Notes: a model not told the origin generated them from the letters alone. A DNA stretch of 45,110 bases from Pseudomonadota bacterium (GCA_021815055.1 JAKAHJ010000001.1:1-45110); one strand, 5' to 3'. Shown: positions 31,600 through 40,847, numbered from the stretch's first letter. Numbers and translations are program-made.

Positions 31600-31800
31600 A
31601 TCCCTCCCCTGAAAGGGGAGGGTCGCCCGTCGAAGCCCGAAGGGCGAAGGTTCAGCGCAGCCCATCGTCATTGCGAGCCCGAAGGGCGAAGCAATCCAGG
31701 CCGAAAAGCCAGGCTGGATTGCTCCACCCTCGCTTCGCAATGACGGATCAACCTGATCGTACCCCTCCCCGCCACGCGTAAGGGCGCGTGGGGGGAGGGG
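31600..31800. repeat. Composite: family F left half, family A copy A8 (31666-31759), then a CCCCTCCCC...GGGGAGGGG hairpin
   Basis: ATCCCTCCCCTGAAAGGGGAGGGTCGCCCG matches the rluA insert; followed by a CGTCATTGCGAG...CGCAATGACG core. Confidence 0.8.
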
Positions 31801-31857
31801 GGACGAGAGGCCGTGCAAAATCTGAACGGCTCGTTCCCGGCTGCGGTCCGTTCGGAT

Positions 31858-31887
31858 GTAACCTTCCGCCCTCCCCCAGCGAAATAG
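31858..31887 (+). promoter_or_regulatory. ECF (SigF-type) promoter upstream of the sigma gene
   Basis: GTAACC-N16-CGAAATAG; identical motif at 33318. Confidence 0.7.
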
Positions 31888-32066
31888 AAGGAATCGCGAG
31901 CCCGGACTCCCTTTATCGGCCGCCTTGCAGGGATTGCATGACCGCCCGAACGCTTCAAACGAACGTGATCCCCGCCGACAAGGATGGGGCGTTGCTTCCG
32001 CCGGCGTTTCGCGGCATGGCGGTATTGGAAGCTTGCGGCAACCCGCAATGCCGGCGTCTGGTGAGC

Positions 32067-32645
32067 ATGGCCGAACCGCAGACCCGAAGCGCCGACGATC
32101 TGCGCCGCTCGGCTCAAATGGCGGCGGCGCAAGGCGGCGACCGCGCGGCCTATGAGGCGCTGCTGCGCGACTGCGCGCCGCTCATCAAGGCCATCGCGGG
32201 CCGGCAGGGCGTCCCGGCCGACCGCATCGACGACGTGGTGCAAGACGTGCTGCTGACGATCCATCGCGCCCGCCATACCTACGATCCGGCCCGCTCCTTC
32301 ATGGCCTGGCTGCGGGTCATCGCCGAGCGGCGGGCGATCGACCTCTTGCGCCGGGTCCGCCGCCACGGCGCGCGCGAATTTCACGCCCCGCTGGCCATGG
32401 AGAGCTATGCCGACGAAGGCGCCGATCCGGCGCGCGGCCTCGCGCAGGCGGACGCCTCGGGCCGGGTGAACGAAGCCTTGGCGAAGCTGCCGCCGCGTCA
32501 GCGCGAAGCGGTGGAAATGCTGGTGCTGAACGAGCGCTCGCTGACCGAGGCCGCAGCCTTCACCCGCAGCAGCAAGGTCGCGCTGAAAGTGAACCTGCAT
32601 CGCGCGCTCAAGGCGCTGCGCGGCAAACTCGATCGACCCGGGTGA
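32067..32645 (+). CDS. ECF sigma factor (SigF-like); start uncertain
   Basis: GDRAAY..LL, DDVVQDVLL.IH..RHTYDP.R.F..WL, region 4 LP.RQRE...KVNLHRALK. Confidence 0.88.
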   Translation: MAEPQTRSADDLRRSAQMAAAQGGDRAAYEALLRDCAPLIKAIAGRQGVPADRIDDVVQDVLLTIHRARHTYDPARSFMAWLRVIAERRAIDLLRRVRRHGAREFHAPLAMESYADEGADPARGLAQADASGRVNEALAKLPPRQREAVEMLVLNERSLTEAAAFTRSSKVALKVNLHRALKALRGKLDRPG

Positions 32646-32652
32646 CGACGCC

Positions 32653-33321
32653 ATGACCGGCTCCCCCTACGATCCCTTGATCCACGAGCTCGCGGCCGAT
32701 CTCAAGCCGGTGCGCCGGCTGCCGCCGCCCGCGCTGCGCGCGCTCGGCTGGCTCGGCGCGGTGGCGGCTATCGCGCTCGCTCTCGCCGCCTTCTCCGATT
32801 TGCACGCCCTATGGGAGCGCATCAGCGCCGCGCCCGACATGTGGCTGGCGATTATCGGCTCGACGGCGACCGCCGTGCTCGCCGCCATTGCGGTCTTCGA
32901 ACTGAGCCTGCCCGACGCACCGCGCGCCTGGGCCTGGCTGCCGCTGCCGGGCGCCTTGCTGTGGGTGGCGGCGAGCGGTTTCGGCTGTCTGCGCGCGTGG
33001 GTCTTGCCGGCAGCGCATGTCGCGCTGCTGGGCGAAGCGCGCGACTGCCTGATCTTCATCGTTTCGTTGTCGGCACCGTTGTCCGCGCTGCTGTTCCTGA
33101 TGCTGCGGCGCGCCTGCCCGCTGCAGCCCGGCCTCACCGCGACGATCGGCGGGCTCGCGGTGGCGGCGGCCGCGGCGACCTTGCTCAATTTCTTCCATCC
33201 GTTCGACGCTGCCGCGACCGACCTTATCGTGCATGTCATTGCGGTGGCGCTGGTCGTCATCGCCAATCGCGCGCTCGGCGGCCGGATTTTCGCCGCGCCC
33301 AATTTCGTGCGGCCGGCGTAA
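32653..33321 (+). CDS. nrsF: NrsF-family (DUF1109) membrane anti-sigma factor
   Basis: LI.ELAADL.PVRRL start, several TM segments, Cys residues, directly downstream of the ECF sigma. Confidence 0.8.
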   Translation: MTGSPYDPLIHELAADLKPVRRLPPPALRALGWLGAVAAIALALAAFSDLHALWERISAAPDMWLAIIGSTATAVLAAIAVFELSLPDAPRAWAWLPLPGALLWVAASGFGCLRAWVLPAAHVALLGEARDCLIFIVSLSAPLSALLFLMLRRACPLQPGLTATIGGLAVAAAAATLLNFFHPFDAAATDLIVHVIAVALVVIANRALGGRIFAAPNFVRPA

Positions 33322-33347
33322 CCGCTGCGCGGGTTGCTCCGAAATAG
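33318..33347 (+). promoter_or_regulatory. Second ECF promoter, upstream of the MXKDX gene
   Basis: GTAACC-N16-CGAAATAG overlapping the nrsF stop. Confidence 0.7.
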
Positions 33348-33399
33348 GAGGCAGGTGGCGGGCGACACCGCCATCGACCATCCTCGAGAGGAGTAAGCA

Positions 33400-33633
33400 A
33401 TGACCCGTTCCCGCATCGTCCTCGCGCTCGCCGCCGCCACCCTGGGCTTCACGCTCGCGTTCGCCCCCGGCGCCTTCGCCGACGATATGAAGAAGGACAC
33501 GATGTCGAAAGACACGATGGCCAAGGACTCGATGAAGAAGGACACGATGTCCAAGGACTCCATGTCGAAGGACTCGATGAAGAAGGACACGATGTCCAAG
33601 GACAACATGTCCAAGGACAACATGAAGAAATAA
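33400..33633 (+). CDS. Pentapeptide MXKDX repeat protein (secreted, Met-rich)
   Basis: Signal peptide followed by about ten MxKDx repeats; GAGGAG RBS. Confidence 0.9.
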   Translation: MTRSRIVLALAAATLGFTLAFAPGAFADDMKKDTMSKDTMAKDSMKKDTMSKDSMSKDSMKKDTMSKDNMSKDNMKK

Positions 33634-33711
33634 AGCGCCCGCGCGCGGCCGGGCGCTGCATCCGCGGGCCCGGCCGCCGCGTATATCCGGAAAATCACCA
33701 GGAGGCGCGTC

Positions 33712-34332
33712 ATGAGCGTGCAGGCGATCGCGACGAACACGGAAGGTACGGCCGTCATTCATCCCGCCTGGGTACGCGCGACCCATTGGATCAATGCGCT
33801 CGCCATGCTGGTGATGATCGGCTCCGGCTGGCAAGTGTATAACGCCTCGCCGCTGTTCGGCTTCACTTTTCCCCCTTCCATCGCGCTCGGCAATTGGCTG
33901 GGCGGCGCCCTGCAATGGCATTTCGCGGCCATGTGGGTGCTGGCGATCAACGGCCTGGTTTATCTCACGCTCGGCTTCGTCACCGGCCGCTTCCGCCGCA
34001 AGCTGCTGCCGATTACGCCACGCGCAGTGATTGCCGACGTCAAGGCGGCGGTCACTTTCAAGCTCGCGCATGACGATCTGGCGCATTACAACGCGGTGCA
34101 AAAGGTCCTGTATGCCGGCGTGATCCTCGCGGGCGTCGTCGTCGTGCTGTCGGGCCTGGCGATCTGGAAGCCGGTCCAGTTCCAGGAACTCGCCGCGCTG
34201 TTCGGCGGCTATGACGCCGCCCGCTACGTGCATTTCTTCGCCATGGCCGCGATCGTGGGCTTTCTCGTCGTGCATGTCTCGCTCGCGCTCCTCGTGCCGA
34301 AGAGCCTGCGCGCGATGATCGCCGGTCGATAG
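33712..34332 (+). CDS. Cytochrome b-type membrane subunit
   Basis: R.THWINA, WHFAAMW, YNAVQK, HFFAM...HV heme His residues. Confidence 0.85.
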   Translation: MSVQAIATNTEGTAVIHPAWVRATHWINALAMLVMIGSGWQVYNASPLFGFTFPPSIALGNWLGGALQWHFAAMWVLAINGLVYLTLGFVTGRFRRKLLPITPRAVIADVKAAVTFKLAHDDLAHYNAVQKVLYAGVILAGVVVVLSGLAIWKPVQFQELAALFGGYDAARYVHFFAMAAIVGFLVVHVSLALLVPKSLRAMIAGR

Positions 34333-34341
34333 GAGGTTTTC

Positions 34342-35115
34342 ATGCGCATTCGCAAACTCATCCCCGGTGTCGATCCCGAGCTTCTGGTCAAGGACGCCGC
34401 CAAACTGATGCCCGATCCCGCGCGCCGCAATTTCCTGCGCGGGGCGGCTGGACTCGGCGCGCTCACGCTGCTCACCGGCTGCGACATCATCGATGGCGAC
34501 ACCGCGGAAGGCGTGCTGCGCAAGATTTCCTCGTTCAACGACGGCGCGCAGGCGGCGCTGTTCAGCCGCAGCAAGCTCGCGCCCACTTATCCGGAAAGCG
34601 CCATTACCCGCCCGTTCCCGTTCAACGCCTATTACAGCGAGGACGAAGCCCCGGTGGTCGATCCCGCCACCTACCGGTTCGAGATCTCCGGGCTCGTCGA
34701 CAACAAGAAGCCGTGGACGCTCGACGAATTGCATGCGCTGCCGGAAGTGTCGCAGATCACGCGGCATGTCTGCGTCGAGGGCTGGAGCGCCATCGGCTCC
34801 TGGCAGGGCGCTTCGCTCGGCGATTTCCTCAAGCGCATCGGCGCCGACACCCGCGCGAAATATGTCTTCTTCCGTTGCGCCGAGGGCTACAGCAACACAA
34901 TCGACATGGCGACCGCGCTGCATCCGCAGACGCAGATGACGTTCAAATACGACAATAAACTGCTGCCGCGCGCTTACGGCTTCCCGATGAAGATCCGCAT
35001 GCCCACCAAGCTCGGCTACAAGAATCCGAAATACGTGGTGGCGATGGAGGTCACCAATACCGACCGCGGCGGCTATTGGGAGAACCAGGGCTACAACTGG
35101 TTCGGGGGGTTGTGA
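34342..35115 (+). CDS. Molybdopterin-dependent oxidoreductase (MsrP/YedY-like), Tat-exported
   Basis: RRNFL twin-arginine, HVCVEGWS, GFPMKIR.P.KLGYKNPKY. Confidence 0.85.
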   Translation: MRIRKLIPGVDPELLVKDAAKLMPDPARRNFLRGAAGLGALTLLTGCDIIDGDTAEGVLRKISSFNDGAQAALFSRSKLAPTYPESAITRPFPFNAYYSEDEAPVVDPATYRFEISGLVDNKKPWTLDELHALPEVSQITRHVCVEGWSAIGSWQGASLGDFLKRIGADTRAKYVFFRCAEGYSNTIDMATALHPQTQMTFKYDNKLLPRAYGFPMKIRMPTKLGYKNPKYVVAMEVTNTDRGGYWENQGYNWFGGL

Positions 35116-35148
35116 CCCCCCTCGTCTTGCCGAGCTCGTGACGGCTCG

Positions 35149-35856
35149 CTAGTGCTTGTCCGTATCGAGGGGGGTCGCTTCGCGGCCGCGCAGCACGATG
35201 TCGAAGCGGAAGCAGAGCGCCCAATCCGGGATCGTGTTGTCCAGATCGAAGCTCGACACCATGCGCTGACGCGCCTTCTCGTCGGTCACCGAATTGAAGA
35301 TCGGATCGAACGGGAACAGCGGGTCGCCCGGAAAATACATCTGCGTGACCAGCCGCGACAGGAACGAGTGGCCGAACACCGAGAAGTGGATGTGGTTGGG
35401 CCGCCAGGCATTGTGGTGGTTGCCCCAGGGATAGGCGCCCGGCTTCACCGTGATGAAGCGGTAATAGCCGTTCTTGTCGGTGACGGCGCGGCCGGCGCCG
35501 GTGAAATTGGGATCGAGCGGCGCCGGGTGCTGGTCGACGGTGTGCACATAACGGCCGCAGGCATTGGCCTGCCAGATTTCCACCAGCGTGTCGGCCTGCG
35601 GGCGCTTGTCCTCGTCGAGCACATAGCCGTGCACGATGATACGCTCGCCGAGCGGCTCGCCTCTGTGCTGCTTGGTGAGATCGTTGTCGCCCGCCTGCAC
35701 CGCGTCGTGGCCGTAGACCGGGCCGGTGAGCTCCGACAGCGTGTGCGGCACGAGGATCAGCGGCTTCGACGGCGTGCGCTTGACCGTGCTCTTGTATTCC
35801 GGAGTCAGATGTTTGGGAAATGCGCTCAGGCTTTCCCGCGGCAGTATGAGCGGCAT
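35149..35856 (-). CDS. pcaH: Protocatechuate 3,4-dioxygenase beta subunit
   Basis: SELTGP, EIWQANACGRY.H, GAYPWGNHHNAWRPNHIHFS. Confidence 0.93.
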   Translation of the reverse strand: MPLILPRESLSAFPKHLTPEYKSTVKRTPSKPLILVPHTLSELTGPVYGHDAVQAGDNDLTKQHRGEPLGERIIVHGYVLDEDKRPQADTLVEIWQANACGRYVHTVDQHPAPLDPNFTGAGRAVTDKNGYYRFITVKPGAYPWGNHHNAWRPNHIHFSVFGHSFLSRLVTQMYFPGDPLFPFDPIFNSVTDEKARQRMVSSFDLDNTIPDWALCFRFDIVLRGREATPLDTDKH

Positions 35857-35886
35857 TGCGGTTCCCCTATGCTCTCATCGCTTTGT

Positions 35887-37095
35887 TCATGACACGCGCT
35901 CGAGCGCGAGCGAAACGCCCTGCCCGACACCGACGCACATGGTGGCAAGGCCGAGCCTGCCGCCCTTCTCTTCCAATCCATGCGCGGCCGTCAGCGCGAG
36001 GCGCGCGCCCGACATGCCGAGCGGATGGCCGAGCGCGATCGCCCCGCCATGCGGATTGACGTGCTCGGCGTCGTCGGGAAGCCCGAGCTGCCGCAGCACC
36101 GCGAGCGACTGCGAGGCGAAGGCCTCGTTCAGCTCGATGATATCGAAATCGCCGATTTTGAGGCCGAGCCGCGCCATCAGCTTCTGCGTCGAGGGCACCG
36201 GGCCGATGCCCATGATGCGCGGCGGCACGCCCGCCGACGCCATGCCGAGAATACGCGCGCGCGGCGTGAGCCCATGCGCCTTCACCGCCGCCTCGGACGC
36301 GATAATCAGCGCCGCCGCGCCGTCATTGACGCCGGACGCATTGCCCGCGGTCACCGTGCCGGGATTGCGGAACGGCGTCTTGAGCTTGGCGAGCTGCTCG
36401 AGCGTAGTGTCGGGACGCGGATGCTCGTCGGCATCGACCTTGACCACTTCGCCCTTGCGACCGGGGATTTCGACCGCCACGATCTCCTTGGCGAAATAGC
36501 CTTCGACCATCGCCTTGCCGGCGCGCTGCTGCGAGCGCACGGCAAAGGCATCCTGGTCGGCGCGCGAAATCTGGAATTCCTCGGCCACGTTCTCGCCGGT
36601 TTCCGGCATCGAATCGATGCCGTACTGGCTTTTCATCAGCGGATTGACGAAACGCCAGCCGATGGTGGTGTCGAAAATTTCCGCGCTGCGCGCGAAGGCC
36701 TCGGTTGCCTTCCCCTGCACGAAGGGCGCGCGCGTCATCGATTCGACGCCGCCGGCGATCGCCAGCTCCATCTCGCCGGCGCGGATGGCGCGCGCGGCAC
36801 TGCCCACGGCTTCGAGCCCCGAGGCGCACAGCCGGTTGAGCGTCACGCCCGGCACATTGACCGGTAGACCGGCAAGCAGCAGCGCCATGCGCGCCACGTT
36901 GCGGTTATCCTCGCCGGCCTGATTGGCGCAGCCGTAGAACACTTCGTCGAGCTTGTCCCAATCGACCTTGGGGTTGCGCGCCTTCAGCGCCTTGATCGGC
37001 GCAGCGGCGAGATCGTCGGTGCGCACCTTGGCGAGCGAGCCGCCATAGCGGCCGATCGGCGTGCGCACCGCATCGCAGATGAAGACGTCACGCAT
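35887..37095 (-). CDS. pcaF: 3-oxoadipyl-CoA thiolase
   Basis: GCANQAGEDNRNVARM, NRLCASG, GHPLGMSG, MCVGVGQG. Confidence 0.93.
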   Translation of the reverse strand: MRDVFICDAVRTPIGRYGGSLAKVRTDDLAAAPIKALKARNPKVDWDKLDEVFYGCANQAGEDNRNVARMALLLAGLPVNVPGVTLNRLCASGLEAVGSAARAIRAGEMELAIAGGVESMTRAPFVQGKATEAFARSAEIFDTTIGWRFVNPLMKSQYGIDSMPETGENVAEEFQISRADQDAFAVRSQQRAGKAMVEGYFAKEIVAVEIPGRKGEVVKVDADEHPRPDTTLEQLAKLKTPFRNPGTVTAGNASGVNDGAAALIIASEAAVKAHGLTPRARILGMASAGVPPRIMGIGPVPSTQKLMARLGLKIGDFDIIELNEAFASQSLAVLRQLGLPDDAEHVNPHGGAIALGHPLGMSGARLALTAAHGLEEKGGRLGLATMCVGVGQGVSLALERVS

Positions 37096-37115
37096 GATAT
37101 TCGTTCCTTGATCGT

Positions 37116-37898
37116 TTACGCCGCCGCGATATGCGCGCGATTGGTGCGGGCATGCAGTTCGCGAAGAACTTCGAGTTCCTGCGCGGCCGGCGGTTCCGTT
37201 TCCGCCACCTCAGCGGCGAAGCGCACCGGCCAGCCGGTGTTTTCCGCGACCTGCTCGCGCGTGACGCCCGGATGCAGAGAGACCGCGATCATCTCCTTGG
37301 TCTCCGGATCGGGCGCAAACAGCGCGAGATCGGTGATGAGCTTGGTCGGACCTTTGGTCTTGACGCCGAGCTTTTGCCGGCTGTCGCCCCCGCTGACGTG
37401 GCCGATCGAGGTCACGAAATCGAGCCTGTCGACGAAGCTGCGCTTGCCCTGCGCCATGATGATGAAGATCTCGCCGCAGGAGGTGGCGATCTCGGGCGCG
37501 CCGCCGCCGCCCGGCAGCCGCACCTTCGGCCTGTCGTAGGGGCCGACGACCGTCGTATTCAGATTGGCATATTTGTCGATCTGCGCGCCGCCGAGAAATC
37601 CGACCTTGATGCGCCCGCCTTGCAGCCAGTAGCGGAACATTTCCGGCACCGACACCGTGGTGAGCGCGGTCTCGCACAATTCGCCGTCGCCGATCGAGAG
37701 CGGCAGGATGTTGGGCTTGGTGGCGAGCGTGCCCGATTCGTAGATCAGCGTGATGCCGGGTGCGTGCGTCAGGCGGGCGAGATTGCAGGCGGCCGAGGGC
37801 TGGCCGATGCCGACGAAGCAGACGTCGTCGTTCTTGAGCATGCGCGCCGCGGCGACGGTCATCATCTCGTTGGGCTTGTAATCGGCCATCGTCTTCAC
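37116..37898 (-). CDS. pcaJ: 3-oxoadipate CoA-transferase beta subunit (CatJ/GctB type)
   Basis: FVGIG, LIYESG, GFLGGAQID, RLPGGGGA; alternative ATG at 37889. Confidence 0.85.
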   Translation of the reverse strand: MKTMADYKPNEMMTVAAARMLKNDDVCFVGIGQPSAACNLARLTHAPGITLIYESGTLATKPNILPLSIGDGELCETALTTVSVPEMFRYWLQGGRIKVGFLGGAQIDKYANLNTTVVGPYDRPKVRLPGGGGAPEIATSCGEIFIIMAQGKRSFVDRLDFVTSIGHVSGGDSRQKLGVKTKGPTKLITDLALFAPDPETKEMIAVSLHPGVTREQVAENTGWPVRFAAEVAETEPPAAQELEVLRELHARTNRAHIAAA

Positions 37899-38758
37899 TC
37901 CGCCGCCGCCGCGCGCGGCATGCGCACATAGTGCGCGAAGGCCTCGGGGCCCTTGTTCAGCACGTTGTCCTTCATCCAGGCGAGGAAGCCGTCGCGGTCG
38001 CGCGAGACTTCATCCCACTGCTTGTAGAAGCTGTTGTTGCGCGGATAGTAGCCCTGCGCATAGGACGGGAAGGCGCCGCCCGGCACCTCGACCACATGGC
38101 TTACGGTCCAGTGCGGCAGCACCACCGCGTTCAGGCTGCGCGCGGGCAGTTCGTCGACGATCTCTTCCACCGTCACCACCGAGCGCTTGGAAGCGAGCAC
38201 CGCCTCCTTCTGCACGCCGAGCACGCCCTCGATCATGACATTGCCGGCCTTGTCGGCGCGCTGGGCGTGGATCACCGCCACGTCCGGCCGGTGCGCGGGA
38301 ATCGCCGCCAGTTCCTCGCCGGTGAAGGGGCAGGTGATCGTCTTGATCTGCGCATTCACCTTGGGGAGATCGGTGCCGATATAGCCGCGAAAAATTGCGC
38401 AGGGCAGTCCGGCCGCGCCGGCCTCATAGGCATTGGCCATGGCGGCGTGCGAATGCTCCTCGATCGCGAGCTTGTGCGGCCAGCCGTTCTCGATCGCGTC
38501 GCGGAAGCGGTGCAGCGAACCGACGCCCGGATTGCCGCCCCAGGAGAACACGAGCTTGTCCACGCAGCCCATGCCGATGAGCTGATCGTAGATCAGGTCG
38601 AGCGTCATGCGGATGAGCGTCAGGCGCTTGCGCCCCTGCCGGATGATCTCGTGGCCGGCCGCGTGCGGAATGAGGTGGGTGAAGCCTTCCACGGCCAGCG
38701 TGTCGCCGTCGCGGACGGCGGCGGCGATGGCCTCGGAAAGCGACGAAATCTGCGCCAT
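37895..38758 (-). CDS. pcaI: 3-oxoadipate CoA-transferase alpha subunit (CatI/GctA type)
   Basis: EGFTHLIP, FSWGGNPGVGSLHR, CPFTGE. Confidence 0.87.
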   Translation of the reverse strand: MAQISSLSEAIAAAVRDGDTLAVEGFTHLIPHAAGHEIIRQGRKRLTLIRMTLDLIYDQLIGMGCVDKLVFSWGGNPGVGSLHRFRDAIENGWPHKLAIEEHSHAAMANAYEAGAAGLPCAIFRGYIGTDLPKVNAQIKTITCPFTGEELAAIPAHRPDVAVIHAQRADKAGNVMIEGVLGVQKEAVLASKRSVVTVEEIVDELPARSLNAVVLPHWTVSHVVEVPGGAFPSYAQGYYPRNNSFYKQWDEVSRDRDGFLAWMKDNVLNKGPEAFAHYVRMPRAAAAE

Positions 38759-38893
38759 GCGAATGCTTCCCTCGTTGCGGTCCCGTATTTACGGCCGGCC
38801 ACGAAAAGGGTCAAATGGCGCTCCGCAGTTAGGTTGGGTCTCCAACGAATCGCGTCCCATGCTGTAGAGTGCGCTCCGCCGGAACGCGCCATT

Positions 38894-38912
38894 TTGTTGT
38901 CCAGGACAACAA
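38894..38912. promoter_or_regulatory. Palindromic operator candidate between divergent pcaI and crotonase genes
   Basis: TTGTTGTCC-A-GGACAACAA, followed by TTGACG at 38915. Confidence 0.55.
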
Positions 38913-39082
38913 TATTGACGGCTTCCGCCGCGACTGACAACAATCCCCTGGCGATGACGGCACCGGCCGGGCGATAGCGCGAAATGAGCCCGCTTGCCCA
39001 ACCCGGTTCGTCACCACATGATCGCCACGACATCGACCGGACGCCGCCCTCACCGGCTGCGGCGGCCAAGCAGGAGTCCCCG

Positions 39083-39883
39083 GTGAATTCGATCGATTCT
39101 TTGCGCGCCCGCCTGCCCGCCTCGCTGCAAGCCGAACAGCAAGGCCCAGTCGCCGTGCTGCGCCTCAATCGCCCGCAAAAACGCAACGCGCTCGACGACG
39201 AGACCATCTTCGGCGTCGACGCCTTCTTCAGCGCAATCCCCGCGGGCACGGACGCCGTGCTGCTGGTCGGCGAAGGCGAGCATTTTTCCTCCGGCCTCGA
39301 CTTGTCCGAGTTGGACGAGCGCGACATCCGCCAAGGGATCGAGCATTCGCGGCTATGGCACCGCACCTTCGAGAAGATTCAGTTCGGGCGGGTGCCGGTG
39401 GTGGCCGTGCTGCATGGCGCGGTGTTGGGCGGCGGGCTCGAGCTCGCGGCCGCCGCCCATGTGCGGGTGGCCGAGCGTTCGGCCTATTACGCGCTGCCGG
39501 AGGGCAGCCGCGGCATCTATGTCGGCGGCGGCGGCTCGGTGCGGCTGCCCCGCCTGATCGGCGTCGCGCGCATGATGGACATGATGCTGACCGGCCGCAC
39601 CTATTCGGCCGAGGAAGGCCAGACCATCGGCCTCACCACCTATCTGGTGGAGCCCGGCAAAGGCTTCGCCAAGGGCCTGGAACTCGCCCGCCGTATCGCG
39701 GAAAACGCGCCGCTCACCAATTTCGCGGTCACCCAGGCGCTGCCGCGCATCGCCGAGATGGACCCGGGCAGCGGCTATGCCATGGAGGCGCTGATTTCCT
39801 CGATCGCGCAGGCCGATCCGCAGGCCAAGGCGCGCCTGAAGGACTTTTTGGAAAAGCGCGGCCCGAAAGTGACGCGCGGCTGA
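39083..39883 (+). CDS. Enoyl-CoA hydratase/crotonase family protein
   Basis: AGGAG RBS plus GTG; LNRP.KRNAL, FSSGLDL, GGGLEL, LPEG.RG. Confidence 0.88.
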   Translation: MNSIDSLRARLPASLQAEQQGPVAVLRLNRPQKRNALDDETIFGVDAFFSAIPAGTDAVLLVGEGEHFSSGLDLSELDERDIRQGIEHSRLWHRTFEKIQFGRVPVVAVLHGAVLGGGLELAAAAHVRVAERSAYYALPEGSRGIYVGGGGSVRLPRLIGVARMMDMMLTGRTYSAEEGQTIGLTTYLVEPGKGFAKGLELARRIAENAPLTNFAVTQALPRIAEMDPGSGYAMEALISSIAQADPQAKARLKDFLEKRGPKVTRG

Positions 39884-39914
39884 TCCGAACCGGCGCGCGC
39901 CAGACATTGGGGGC

Positions 39915-40061
39915 GTGTCCCGGGCGCGGCGCAGCGCGTAACAGCGTGGAGCGATGCGCTGCAGACCCGGGACCCCGGTTTTTGAAGCGCAGGAACACCG
40001 GGGTCCCGGATCAGCGGCGCACCACTTCGCTGTCGCTCGTGTTGCGCCGCATCCGGGACAC
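39915..40061. repeat. Palindromic element family C
   Basis: GTGTCCCGG...CCGGGACCCCGG...CCGGGGTCCCGG...CCGGGACAC. Confidence 0.85.
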
Positions 40062-40184
40062 CTAGCCTTTGCGCGGGTGTGAACGAATCGAGCGCGAATC
40101 CTGGCGGAGACGTGATCGGCGCGCGCATTCCGCGAATGCGCGCCCGGGCCTATATTAGGCGCATCGATTGCGGGAGAACCAACC

Positions 40185-40847
40185 ATGTTCGGCTTCAAGA
40201 AAATTTCCATGCCGAGTGCCGCCGAGGCTTTGCCCGGCCGCGATCACGCCATCCGCACCGCCTCCGAACATTTCGTCAATCATCGCCCGTTGAAGGGCCC
40301 CTATCCGGAGGGCACCGAAATGGCGATGTTCGGCCTTGGCTGCTTTTGGGGTGCCGAGCGCAAATTCTGGGAATTAAGCGACGGCATCCATGTCACCGCC
40401 GTCGGCTATGCCGGCGGGCTCACGCCCAATCCGATCTACGAGGAAGTCTGCTCCGGCCGCACCGGCCACAACGAAGTCGTGCTGGTGGTCTACGACCGGA
40501 AGAAGATTTCCTACGACGCCCTGCTCAAGACCTTCTGGGAAAGCCACGACCCGACGCAGGGCATGCGCCAGGGCAACGATATCGGCACGCAATATCGCTC
40601 CGGCATCTATACTTTCACGCCGGCGCAGCGGCAGGCGGCCGAAGCCTCCAAGGCGATGTATCAGGCCGAATTGAAGCAGAAGGGCTACGGCACGATCACC
40701 ACCGAAATCGTCGATGCGCCGGCGTTCTATTTCGCCGAGGATTATCACCAGCAATATCTGGCGAAGAATCCGTTCGGTTATTGCGGGTTAGGCGGCACCG
40801 GCGTGTCCTGCCCGATCGGCACCGGCGCGAAACTGCGGACGGCGTAG
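40185..40847 (+). CDS. msrA: Peptide methionine sulfoxide reductase A
   Basis: [35 protein letters not shown]. Confidence 0.95.
   Translation: MFGFKKISMPSAAEALPGRDHAIRTASEHFVNHRPLKGPYPEGTEMAMFGLGCFWGAERKFWELSDGIHVTAVGYAGGLTPNPIYEEVCSGRTGHNEVVLVVYDRKKISYDALLKTFWESHDPTQGMRQGNDIGTQYRSGIYTFTPAQRQAAEASKAMYQAELKQKGYGTITTEIVDAPAFYFAEDYHQQYLAKNPFGYCGLGGTGVSCPIGTGAKLRTA

Noticed and set aside
28492-31800. CRISPR array or classical integron
   Set aside because: Repeats are about 100-160 bp, irregularly spaced, in mixed orientation and separated by whole genes; no cas or intI gene is visible.
31366-31818. ORFs made of repeat sequence (MESVPSLRGALKGRRSNP, MKQSRSRM...; also at 22023, 26834, 29271)
   Set aside because: Translations of family A elements recurring at each copy; no independent evidence of coding.
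33484-33630. 15-bp tandem DNA repeats
   Set aside because: Explained by the MXKDX pentapeptide coding repeat.
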